Assembly (NCBI GenBank): GCA_947643225.1 | Contig: CANRVH010000001.1 | Location: 6,868 to 70,867, forward strand | DNA: 64,000 nucleotides | Source: an uncultured Clostridia bacterium | Lineage (GTDB): Bacteria; Bacillota_I; Bacilli_A; RF39; UBA660 | Direction: 5' to 3' | Part shown: in pieces, positions 30,700-40,023 of the stretch | Layout: each line of letters begins with the position of its first letter | Position numbering within the stretch: position 1 is the stretch's first letter | Notes under the pieces: generated by a model | The model's database searches: none | What the model saw: only the letters and a program-made list of their open reading frames with translations | What the model was told of the DNA's origin: nothing | Position numbers and translations under genes: made by a program

Positions 30700-32700
30700 A
30701 TGAAGAAAAAAGAATTAAAGGAAAATCAACTCAAACAGCCAAAAAGTCGTATAGTAGTATTAATATTAACTATTTTATTACTAATTAGTAGCATAATCTG
30801 TATGATAGATTTATATCAATTAATTACTCTAGAAAGCTTTAGAAAATATATTTATATAGCAATTGTTGTATTAATCTTTATTGATTTACTGTTAATAATG
30901 AAAACAAGAAAAAGATTTCGAAAGAAACAAAAAAAGATTTTTAAAAATAAAGGAATAATTAGTTTTCAAGTATTTTACCTTTTATTAACTGTATCATTTG
31001 CAGTCATCATGACTTATGCCTATAACTATATAGGAAGTTTTAATAAAGACTATGTTACTTATTCATCAAGCCTAGTAGTAATGAATGACAATAAAGCAGA
31101 AAAAATAAAAGATATTAAAAATTACACAATAGGTATAATAAAAGATAAAACCTCCCCAGAAGGATATATTATTCCAAGAGAAATAATCAAAGAAAATAAT
31201 TTAGAAGATTATAATAACATCAAAAAGTATGATAATTATTCGTCTATGATTGCAGATTTATACTCAGGAGATATTGAAGCAAGCTTTTTATCAAGTGATT
31301 ATGTATCGATGTTTAGTAGTATTGCCAGTTACGAAACGATCAAAGAAGATACAAAAGTCATTATCAAAAAAGAAAAGAAAATGGCTAAAGCATCTACTAG
31401 TAAAAAAGAAAAAGTATCAGCAGGAAAGAAAATAACTGAACCATTTACGATTCTATTAATGGGAGTAGACTCAACAGATGAGGGATTATCAAAAAATACA
31501 GTAGCTAATGGCGATTCTTTAATTCTAATCACCTTCAATCCAAAAACTTTAAATGCTACAATGCTAAGTATTCCAAGAGACAGTTATGTTCCAATTGCAT
31601 GTTGGTCAAATAAAGCAGAAAATAAAATAACCCATGCAGCAGCTTACGGAACAGATTGTATGATGAAAACAATTGAAAACTATTTTGATATCGATATTGA
31701 CTACTATGCAAAAATTAACTTCAAAGGACTAGTTCACTTAGTTGATGCAGTAGGTGGAATTGATGTTGAAGTTCCAAAAGATTTATGTACAGATGATTCA
31801 TCAAGAGGAAAAGAAGTTTGCATTAAAGAAGGAAGACAACATCTCGATGGTGAAGGGGCTTTAGTATTAGCACGTAACCGTAAACAATTAACAGGTGGGG
31901 ATTTAGATCGAGGTCAAAATCAGCAATTAGTTATTCAAGCCCTAATTAATAAAATAAGAACAATTAAAAGCGCCAAAAAATTCTTAGATATTTTAAATAC
32001 AGTATCTAACAATTTAGACACAAATTTTACTAGTAATCAAATTCTTTCTTTCTATAATATTGCCGAAGATATTCTAAATAATAATCTAGCTAAAGATGAT
32101 GCCGATTTAGTTAATATCACAAGATTATATTTACAAGGATCAGGTCAAATGATTTATGATGAGGGTATGCGAATGAAACTATGGAATTATATTCCAAATA
32201 AAAATAGTAGAAAAGACATTATTAGTGCGATGAAAGTAAACTTAAATCAAGAAGGACATGAAGGAATAAAAGAATTTAAATTCTCCATAAATGATGAATA
32301 TGAAAAAGAAATCATTGGCTATGGTCCCTATAAATCGGATTCAAGTTATTCTTTAGTACCTAATTTTATAGGTTTATCAAAAGAAAGAGCACAAACTCTA
32401 GCAAGTAGAAACGGAGTTAGAATCAACTTTATTGGAACTAGCGGAACAGTAATAAAACAAAGTGTCCCAGAAGGAAAAAGAACGGATAAATTATCAGGAA
32501 GCGTTTCACTAACACTATCAGGAACACCATCAACGAATCATTCTACAACAATCCCCTCAAAAAAAGATACCCTAGATAATCAAGACGATGGAAAAGAAAA
32601 TAATAATACAGAAGAAGAACCAAAGGAAGAGGAAAATCCACCATCATCAGATAAAGACCAAGACAAGGATAATTCATCTGGAGCAGTTCCATCCGAATAA
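30700..32700 (+). CDS. LytR-CpsA-Psr (LCP) family protein with a C-terminal PASTA domain and an acidic low-complexity tail
   Basis: TM anchor, then the LCP core (FTILLMGVDSTDEG…GDSLILITFNPKTLNATMLSIPRDSYV…VLARNR). The C-terminus VPNFIGLSKERAQTLASRNGVRINFIGTSGTVIKQSVPEGKR is PASTA-like. Confidence 0.75.
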   Translation: MKKKELKENQLKQPKSRIVVLILTILLLISSIICMIDLYQLITLESFRKYIYIAIVVLIFIDLLLIMKTRKRFRKKQKKIFKNKGIISFQVFYLLLTVSFAVIMTYAYNYIGSFNKDYVTYSSSLVVMNDNKAEKIKDIKNYTIGIIKDKTSPEGYIIPREIIKENNLEDYNNIKKYDNYSSMIADLYSGDIEASFLSSDYVSMFSSIASYETIKEDTKVIIKKEKKMAKASTSKKEKVSAGKKITEPFTILLMGVDSTDEGLSKNTVANGDSLILITFNPKTLNATMLSIPRDSYVPIACWSNKAENKITHAAAYGTDCMMKTIENYFDIDIDYYAKINFKGLVHLVDAVGGIDVEVPKDLCTDDSSRGKEVCIKEGRQHLDGEGALVLARNRKQLTGGDLDRGQNQQLVIQALINKIRTIKSAKKFLDILNTVSNNLDTNFTSNQILSFYNIAEDILNNNLAKDDADLVNITRLYLQGSGQMIYDEGMRMKLWNYIPNKNSRKDIISAMKVNLNQEGHEGIKEFKFSINDEYEKEIIGYGPYKSDSSYSLVPNFIGLSKERAQTLASRNGVRINFIGTSGTVIKQSVPEGKRTDKLSGSVSLTLSGTPSTNHSTTIPSKKDTLDNQDDGKENNNTEEEPKEEENPPSSDKDQDKDNSSGAVPSE

Positions 32701-32702
32701 AA

Positions 32703-32750
32703 AAAGAGAAGATATGAATTAAAATAGGAAAAATATTCTTTTCTTTTTAT
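32703..32750 (+). terminator. rho-independent terminator
   Basis: AAGAGAAGATATGAATTAAAATAGGAAAAATATTCTTTTCTTTTTATTT. Confidence 0.5.
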
Positions 32751-32806
32751 TTGCCATAATCCAAATAATATTTTATAATGTTAATGATGAAAGTGAAGGT
32801 ATTTAA

Positions 32807-33664
32807 ATGAATAAACTAGCGATAGTAATAGTAAATTATAATGATTATGAAACAACAAAAATACTACTAGATAATATAAAAGATTATCAGTGTTTAACAA
32901 AAATAGTAGTTGTAGATAATCACTCAACAGACCATTCCTATAAACATCTAAAAAAACTAGCAAACAAAAAAATAGTAATTTTAGAAAACAAAAAAAGCAA
33001 AAGTTATGCTTCAGGATTAAACCTAGGAGCAAAATATTTAATTAAAGAATTAGGAAAATGTAACATAATTTTCTCTAATTCAGATATCATAATAAAAAAG
33101 GAAACAGATTTAGTAAAACTTTCTAAAGATACGAAAAAATTTAATATAGGAGTAGTAGGGCCAATAATTAACGAACATGGAAAACTAAATAGAGGATGGC
33201 CTCTACCTAACCCAAAGAAAGAAATTCTTTATAATTTACCATTAATAAATCGCTATTTTAAAAAGAAATACTCATCATATCAGGAAAGTCATTATAAGGA
33301 AGAACTAGCCATAGTAGGAGCAGTATCAGGATGTTTCTTTTTAGTAAATAGTGAACTTTTACAAGAAATAAACTTTTTTGATGAGGCTACTCACCTTTAT
33401 TATGAGGAAAATATTTTAGCCAAAAAAACAGAAAAAACAAATTATCAAATAGCAGTAGATACAAAAGTAGAAGTTATCCATAATCATTCAGTAACAATTG
33501 ATAAAATTGAAAGTAAAATTAGTAAATATAAAATACTGAAAGCTAGTCAAAGATACTTTGTAAAAGAATACTTAAAGGCAAATTGGATAGAAATGTTTTT
33601 CTTATGGACTACAAATAAATTATCCTTAATAATATTATATATAAGGTGTTTCATAAAAAAATAA
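32807..33664 (+). CDS. family 2 glycosyltransferase
   Basis: GT-A N-terminus LAIVIVNYNDYETTKILLDNI…VVDNHSTD and a DxD-type motif SNSDI. Confidence 0.7.
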   Translation: MNKLAIVIVNYNDYETTKILLDNIKDYQCLTKIVVVDNHSTDHSYKHLKKLANKKIVILENKKSKSYASGLNLGAKYLIKELGKCNIIFSNSDIIIKKETDLVKLSKDTKKFNIGVVGPIINEHGKLNRGWPLPNPKKEILYNLPLINRYFKKKYSSYQESHYKEELAIVGAVSGCFFLVNSELLQEINFFDEATHLYYEENILAKKTEKTNYQIAVDTKVEVIHNHSVTIDKIESKISKYKILKASQRYFVKEYLKANWIEMFFLWTTNKLSLIILYIRCFIKK

Positions 33665-33677
33665 GAAAGGTGATAAA

Positions 33678-34514
33678 ATGGACAAAAATAAAAAAGAAGG
33701 AAAAAAAGAACAATCAAAAGATCGAATCATAAACAACTTCTTACTTCTAGTAGTTTTAATTTTATTAGTATATATCCTCTTTGCAACAGGAGTGGTAAAA
33801 ATTAATAAATTAGATAAAGCAGCTCCTAAAAATGAAGAAACTGAAGAATTAGAGGAAAAGATTAAACTAAAAATAACAGACCCCTTAATAACCAATCTTT
33901 ATAAAAGTGTAGAATTAGGAAGAAGTTATCAGGCCTTGAGACATTATTACTTTTATAGCTATGATAAACTGTTTGTTAAATATATGGATGATGCTTTTAT
34001 TAAAGAAATGGCCTTATCAAAATTAACTTTACAAGATGAAAACAGTATAGATGCAAATATTATTAAAAGGCAGTTTGAATCGATTGTAGGAAATAATACA
34101 ATTTATAAAGATAGAACATTTCAGACCCAATGTTCAACCTTTAAGTATGATCAAACAAAAAATATTTATAATATTACCAAAAATCAAAATTGTAATCTGT
34201 CAAAAGAGGACAATAATGACTACTTTGATAAAATTATAAGTGCCTATAAATATAGTGATCGAATAGAAATTATTACAAGAGTAGGTTATTTAGAAGAAGA
34301 AAAAGAATTAGTAGGAGAAGGAGTGTATCAGTCAACAGGAAAAACACTCATTAAAAGAGATATGGATGCATCAGAAGTAATAGGAACATATACAGAAAAT
34401 TTAGATCAGATCAAGAAAAAAGTAGATTATAGCAAACTTCCACAATACAAATATACCTATAGACTAGATAATAATAAATATTATTTTTATTCAGTAGAAA
34501 AAATAGAAGGATAA
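33678..34514 (+). CDS. hypothetical N-terminally anchored extracytoplasmic protein
   Basis: TM helix followed by a hydrophilic domain. No family recognised. Confidence 0.4.
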   Translation: MDKNKKEGKKEQSKDRIINNFLLLVVLILLVYILFATGVVKINKLDKAAPKNEETEELEEKIKLKITDPLITNLYKSVELGRSYQALRHYYFYSYDKLFVKYMDDAFIKEMALSKLTLQDENSIDANIIKRQFESIVGNNTIYKDRTFQTQCSTFKYDQTKNIYNITKNQNCNLSKEDNNDYFDKIISAYKYSDRIEIITRVGYLEEEKELVGEGVYQSTGKTLIKRDMDASEVIGTYTENLDQIKKKVDYSKLPQYKYTYRLDNNKYYFYSVEKIEG

Positions 34515-34675
34515 AACTTGAATATACATAAGTATATATAAGTTTTTATTTAGTAATGAATTTAAGGTTATTAATATGTATAATTTCATACTTAAACCAA
34601 TAACAATTCTGATTATAAACAGTGATTTATTGTCTAATTTAAAATAACCAATACAATAAGTAAATACTTTTGAAA

Positions 34676-34725
34676 AGCAACCCATCCATCCCACTTGACA
34701 AAGTGGGGGGGGGTTGTTTTATAAT
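34676..34725 (+). promoter_or_regulatory. perfect TTGACA (34695-34700) and TATAAT (34720-34725) hexamers separated by a 19-nt spacer that contains a G9 homopolymer, embedded in a GC-rich inverted repeat. It is a candidate phase-variable promoter; an intrinsic terminator is the alternative reading.
   Basis: Read directly: caacccatccatcccacTTGACAaagtgggggggggttgtttTATAATg. The G9 run is exceptional in an AT-rich sequence of about 28% GC. The downstream gene at 34798 has a GAGGAG RBS. Confidence 0.5.
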
Positions 34726-34797
34726 GAAATAAAAGTAAGGTAAGAAAATACGACAATAAACGACTATAATATTGAAAATAAAAGCGAGGAGATAAAG

Positions 34798-35400
34798 ATG
34801 GGGAAAATAGTGAAAAAGAGTTATTGTATACTAATAGGAATAATGATGGGTGTGGTATTAGCTTATGGAGGAGTATATGCAGCAACGACAATTATGGGTA
34901 GTAATATCACCTATTCTAATGCAAATTCAGGACTTTCATCAACTCATATTCAAGGAGCAATCGATGAATTATATGATAAAATAAAGAACCCTACTTCAAA
35001 AGTATATTATTATGGAACCTTTAAAAAAAACAATAATATGTACACATTTTCAGGAGATTTTTTTGAAAATACAGTATATCATAAAGAAAAGACTTATTTT
35101 AAGTATACAAATAAGAAGTGGGTATTGTGCATAACTCAAAATACAAAAGAGGAATGTTTTGACATTTATAGAAATTACGAAAACGAAGTAAAAAATATAA
35201 AACAAGTATTTGGTGAAGAAAATTGTGTTGGATACAAAACTGGACCAAATGCAGCATATCCAGGTATAAGATGTTCAAATAACGATTTTGAATGTAGTAT
35301 TGAAGAATATATGGCTATAGGTTCATGCACAGATAAGAAAAATAGCGTAAAATGTTCCACACAATATGGCACAGATGGAAAATGTATTACTACTTCATAA
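34798..35400 (+). CDS. small secreted/anchored Cys-rich protein (about 12 Cys in the mature part)
   Basis: N-terminal hydrophobic anchor. Cys-rich C-terminal half (…CITQNTKEECFD…CVGY…CSNNDFECS…CTDKKNSVKCSTQYGTDGKC). Confidence 0.5.
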   Translation: MGKIVKKSYCILIGIMMGVVLAYGGVYAATTIMGSNITYSNANSGLSSTHIQGAIDELYDKIKNPTSKVYYYGTFKKNNNMYTFSGDFFENTVYHKEKTYFKYTNKKWVLCITQNTKEECFDIYRNYENEVKNIKQVFGEENCVGYKTGPNAAYPGIRCSNNDFECSIEEYMAIGSCTDKKNSVKCSTQYGTDGKCITTS

Positions 35401-35568
35401 TTATTTCAATATTATATAATTATACAAGTTTTATAATAGAAAGTATTTTTTAAATATTATACTAAAAAATCATTTTAATCATTATTTTTATTCTGTTTAA
35501 ATACTAATCTACTATTAATAAAAATATAAATATATGATAAAATAATAGTAGATTAAAAGGAGAAACTA

Positions 35569-38526
35569 ATGATGTTAAATATTAAAAGTAATTATTCTCT
35601 TCTTTCCAGTATGCTAAAAATAGATGATATTATAGAGTATGCCTTAAAAACTAATAAAAATTATGCTTCAATTTGTGACAATAATATGTATGGAGCAATG
35701 CACTTTTATAAAAAGTGTTTAGAAAAAAAGTTAAAGCCAATTATTGGTTTAGAAATAAAAACAGAAGAATTACATATCTCATTATATATAAAAAACTATG
35801 AAGGCTACCAATCCATAATCAAACTATCTACAATTAACGAAGAAAGAAAAGTAGAACGAGAAGATTTAAAAAAATATTCAAAAAGTTTAATATGTATTAT
35901 AAATTTCTCAAAAAAAGAAAATTTTGAAGAACTAAAAAATATTTATGAAGAGATCTATCTAGGATATACCAATAAAGAAGAAGAACAACTTGCTAAAGTA
36001 ATTACCCCTAACATAGTTTTCTTTAGAGAATGTCTTTATTTAGATAAAAAGGATTCTACTTATTTATCTTATTTATACCGAATAAGAGATGGTAAAACAA
36101 TATCTGATGATGATGATTATGATACTCAAAATCATGAGTTAAATCTTCCAAATATTTTAGAGTTAACAAGCAATGATGGCTTGATGAATATGGAAAAAAT
36201 CGTAACAGAATGTAACTTAGAATTTCCAAAAGCAGAATTATTATTACCAATATATCATCCTAATAACGGAATGAGTCCATCAGAGTACTTATTTGAATTA
36301 ACAAAATTTGGACTAAAAAAAAGAATCGGTGAAACTATCCCCGAAAAATATAAGAATAGATTAAGTTATGAATTAAAAATTATTAATGACATGGGTTTTT
36401 GTAATTATTTTCTTGTAGTTTATGACTTTATCAAATTCGCTAAAAAAAATGACATTTTAGTAGGACCAGGTAGAGGTTCAGCTGCAGGTAGCTTAGTAGC
36501 CTATACTTTAGGAATCACAGAAATCGATCCTTTAGAATATGACTTGCTATTTGAAAGATTCTTAAATCCAGAACGAAAAACAATGCCCGATATCGATACA
36601 GACTTTCCCGATGATAAGAGGGAATTGGTAATAAATTATGTAAAAGAAAAATATGGAGATAAACACGTAGCAGGAATTGTTACCTTTGGTACTTTAGGAG
36701 CAAAACAAGTTCTAAGAGATATAGGTAGAGTATTAAATATTCCTATTTATAAAATAGATAGCCTAACAAAATTAATCCCAACTATAACAAAAGATAAACT
36801 ATCAATAATCTATCAAAAAAATCAAAACTTTAAAGCCATTATAGATAGTGACACCTCACTAACAAATCTTTTAAGAATTGCAATAAATTTTGAAGGGTTT
36901 CCAAGACATACATCTTCCCATGCGGCAGGAATTGTCATGTGCGAAAAACCCCTTGATGAAGTCGTTCCTCTAACAATTAGTGATAATATGTACTTAACAG
37001 CCTATTCTATGGAATATTTAGAAGAATTGGGACTTTTAAAAATGGACTTTTTAGGTCTAAAAAATCTAAGTATTATTGCTAATATTATAAATGATATTGA
37101 AAAAACTTATCACCAAAAAATCAATTTTAATGCTATTCCTTTAAATGATCAAGAAGTTTTAAATATTTTTAAAGAAGCCGAAACGACAGGTATTTTTCAA
37201 TTTGAATCAAGTGGAATGAGAAACTTCCTAAAAAAATTAAAACCAAACACTTTTGAAGATATTTTTGCAGCAATCGCACTTTTCCGTCCAGGACCAGCAG
37301 TAAATATTGAAAGTTATATCAAAAGAAAACATCAAGAAGAAAAAATTACTTATCTTGATCCCTCTTTAAAACCAGTATTAGAAAATACTTATGGAATATT
37401 TATTTATCAAGAACAAATTATGCAAATTGCCAATATTTATGCAGGTTATTCTTTAGGAGAGGCAGATATCTTAAGACGAGCTATGAGTAAGAAAAAAATA
37501 GATCTGCTACAAAAAGAAGAAACTAAATTCATTACGAAGAGTAAAGAAAAAAACCATGATGATAAAACCTCAAAAAAGATTTTTGACTTAATTTTAAATT
37601 TTGCAAGTTTCGGTTTTAATCGATCCCATTCCGTAGCATATTCCCTTATTGCCTATAAATTAGCCTATTTCAAAGTACACTATAAGGAAGTATTTTATAG
37701 TAACTTATTAACTAATGTAATCAATGCCTCTTCGAAAACTTATGAATATATTTTAGAGATCAAATCGAAAAATATAAAAATAGAAAAACCAGATATTATG
37801 ATTAGTACAGACCGTTACTTAGTAAAGGAAAATACAATATATCTTCCTTTTTCGATCATTAATTCTGTAGGAAACGTTGCCTCAAAACAGATTTTAGAAG
37901 CAAGAAAAGAAGGGCAATTCATCGATATTTTTGATTGCTTTAGCAGGCTAGTCATAAATGGAATAACAAAGAAAACTTTAGAATCATTAATCTACTCCTC
38001 ATCTTTTAGAAGTTTTGGTTATAATATAGCAACATTAATTGAAAACCTAGATAATTTAATGAATTATGCAACATTAACCAAAGATTTAGATCCAGCATTA
38101 GTCATGAGGCCAGTTATTACTGAGAAAAAAGAGTTTAACCAAGAAATACTTTTAGAAGAAGAAAAAAAATTATTTGGACTTTATTTAACTCAACATCCAA
38201 CTAGCAAATATTTAAAAGAAAATCAAGATTGCATTCCACTAATAGAATTAAATCATTATATAAATAAAAAAATTAATACATTAGTTTATGTAGACAAAAT
38301 AAAAACAACCAAAACAAAAAAAGGCGATGATATGGCATTTCTTACAGGTAGTGATGACAGAACAAAAATAGAGTATCTGCTATTCCCAAACTCATATAGT
38401 ATGTATAATTACTTAGAAAGAGGCGATATCGTTAAAATATATGGTAGAGTAGAAAAAAGACTAAATGAATTACAGATTATTGTTAATAAAGTAACTGTAT
38501 TGAATGGAGAAATTAAAAATGACTAA
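35569..38526 (+). CDS. dnaE: DNA polymerase III alpha subunit, DnaE type
   Basis: The polymerase core motifs include PDIDTDF, GRGSAAGSLVAY, LFRPGP and ISDNMYLTAYSMEYLEELGLLKMDFLGLKNL. A C-terminal OB fold is present. The PHP N-terminus has lost its canonical His residues. Confidence 0.9.
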   Translation: MMLNIKSNYSLLSSMLKIDDIIEYALKTNKNYASICDNNMYGAMHFYKKCLEKKLKPIIGLEIKTEELHISLYIKNYEGYQSIIKLSTINEERKVEREDLKKYSKSLICIINFSKKENFEELKNIYEEIYLGYTNKEEEQLAKVITPNIVFFRECLYLDKKDSTYLSYLYRIRDGKTISDDDDYDTQNHELNLPNILELTSNDGLMNMEKIVTECNLEFPKAELLLPIYHPNNGMSPSEYLFELTKFGLKKRIGETIPEKYKNRLSYELKIINDMGFCNYFLVVYDFIKFAKKNDILVGPGRGSAAGSLVAYTLGITEIDPLEYDLLFERFLNPERKTMPDIDTDFPDDKRELVINYVKEKYGDKHVAGIVTFGTLGAKQVLRDIGRVLNIPIYKIDSLTKLIPTITKDKLSIIYQKNQNFKAIIDSDTSLTNLLRIAINFEGFPRHTSSHAAGIVMCEKPLDEVVPLTISDNMYLTAYSMEYLEELGLLKMDFLGLKNLSIIANIINDIEKTYHQKINFNAIPLNDQEVLNIFKEAETTGIFQFESSGMRNFLKKLKPNTFEDIFAAIALFRPGPAVNIESYIKRKHQEEKITYLDPSLKPVLENTYGIFIYQEQIMQIANIYAGYSLGEADILRRAMSKKKIDLLQKEETKFITKSKEKNHDDKTSKKIFDLILNFASFGFNRSHSVAYSLIAYKLAYFKVHYKEVFYSNLLTNVINASSKTYEYILEIKSKNIKIEKPDIMISTDRYLVKENTIYLPFSIINSVGNVASKQILEARKEGQFIDIFDCFSRLVINGITKKTLESLIYSSSFRSFGYNIATLIENLDNLMNYATLTKDLDPALVMRPVITEKKEFNQEILLEEEKKLFGLYLTQHPTSKYLKENQDCIPLIELNHYINKKINTLVYVDKIKTTKTKKGDDMAFLTGSDDRTKIEYLLFPNSYSMYNYLERGDIVKIYGRVEKRLNELQIIVNKVTVLNGEIKND

Positions 38527-39004
38527 ACAAAAAAAAATGCTGATATTAATAGCCATAATCGTATTAATAGATCAACTAACTAAAACTTGGATTAGAATAA
38601 ATTTTAATTATTTAGAAACAATAACGATAATCAATAATTTTTTTAATATTACTTATACGAAAAACACGGGAGGAGCTTGGTCAATCTTAGAAGGAAATCA
38701 ATTATTTTTGATTATAGTAAGTATCATTTTTCTAATAGTTTTAACAGTATACATAAAAAAAGAAAAGAATATTACTAACTTATCCTTAACTAGCTTTTCC
38801 CTGATCATTAGTGGCATAATAGGAAATCTAATCGATCGCATTTTTTTAAATGCAGTAGTTGATTTTTTATCATTTAAAATAATAGACTATTACTTTCCTA
38901 TATTTAATTTTGCAGATATAATGATAGTAATTGGTGTAACATTATTAATGATTGATATCATAAGGAGTGAAGTGCATGAAAGAAATAAAAGTAATAGAAA
39001 ATAA
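38519..39004 (+). CDS. lspA: lipoprotein signal peptidase II
   Basis: Four TM helices. Conserved motifs NTGGAW and IIGNLIDRIF…DFLSF…FNFAD. ATG 38519 with a GGAG RBS; the ORF track starts at 38504. Confidence 0.85.
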   Translation: MTKQKKMLILIAIIVLIDQLTKTWIRINFNYLETITIINNFFNITYTKNTGGAWSILEGNQLFLIIVSIIFLIVLTVYIKKEKNITNLSLTSFSLIISGIIGNLIDRIFLNAVVDFLSFKIIDYYFPIFNFADIMIVIGVTLLMIDIIRSEVHERNKSNRK

Positions 39005-39893
39005 TATAGAAAGATTGGATAGTTACTTATCAAATTCTTTAGAAATATCTCGCAGTAAAATTCAAAAATTGATTAAACAAAAAAAGATAACCGTTAATGA
39101 AAAATTAATATCGCCTAGTTACCAAGTAAAAGAAGGGGATGTGATCAGGATAGACGATGAATTAGATTTTACAATCACAGTGGAACCAGAAAATATTCCC
39201 CTAGATATTGTTTATGAAGACGATCTTTTAATGATCATTAATAAACAAAGTGGAATGGTAGTTCATCCAGCACCAGGAAATTACTCTCATACCTTAGTAA
39301 ATGCCCTTTTACATTATCTAAACTTAGAAAAAACGAAAAATATAAGACCAGGTATTGTTCATCGTCTAGATAAGGATACCAGTGGTCTAATGGTAGTAGC
39401 CAAAAATGAAGAAGTATTAGAAAAACTTTCTAATATGATGAAAGAAAAAAAAATAAAGAGACATTATCTAGCCTTAGTAGAAGGAATAATTGGACCAGAA
39501 AGTGCGACAATTGATGCCCCAATTGGAAGAGATAAAAATAATCGGGAAAAAATGTGCGTAACAGATATCAATAGTAAAGAAGCTATAACTCATATTAAAG
39601 TGTTAGAAAGATACGCCAAAAATACATTAATAGAATGTATTTTAGAAACAGGAAGAACACATCAAATAAGGGTACATTTATCCTACATCAAACATCCTGT
39701 AATTAATGACCCTGTATACAGTAATAAAAAGGCAACCAAATTTGGGCAGTTTCTTCACTCGAAAAGTATAGATTTTTACCATCCTATCACAAAAGAACAT
39801 CTTCACTTTGAACAACCAATTCCAGAGGAATTTAAAATCTATTTAGAAAAAATAAATAAAACAACATATAATGTAAAAAAGTGTCAAAAATGA
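38976..39893 (+). CDS. rluD: 23S rRNA pseudouridine synthase, RluD/RluA family
   Basis: S4 domain (RLDSYLSNSLEISRSKIQKLIKQKKITVN). Catalytic motif HRLDKDTSGLMVVAKN. The lspA-rluD linkage is conserved in Bacillota. Confidence 0.85.
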   Translation: MKEIKVIENNIERLDSYLSNSLEISRSKIQKLIKQKKITVNEKLISPSYQVKEGDVIRIDDELDFTITVEPENIPLDIVYEDDLLMIINKQSGMVVHPAPGNYSHTLVNALLHYLNLEKTKNIRPGIVHRLDKDTSGLMVVAKNEEVLEKLSNMMKEKKIKRHYLALVEGIIGPESATIDAPIGRDKNNREKMCVTDINSKEAITHIKVLERYAKNTLIECILETGRTHQIRVHLSYIKHPVINDPVYSNKKATKFGQFLHSKSIDFYHPITKEHLHFEQPIPEEFKIYLEKINKTTYNVKKCQK

Positions 39894-40023
39894 TACTTTT
39901 TTCTTATTCCCAATTATAATAAAACTATAGAAAGAGAAAAAGAAAATGAAATTATTTCATATATAGTAAGTTATATTTCTTTGATAAAAAATAAATTATG
40001 TCATCAATAGGTGGGGTGTGCAT

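Noticed and set aside
35500-35560. 9-bp inverted repeat CTACTATTA…TAATAGTAG upstream of dnaE, a possible operator
   Set aside because: It is short and AT-rich in a roughly 28% GC genome, so chance occurrence is plausible.
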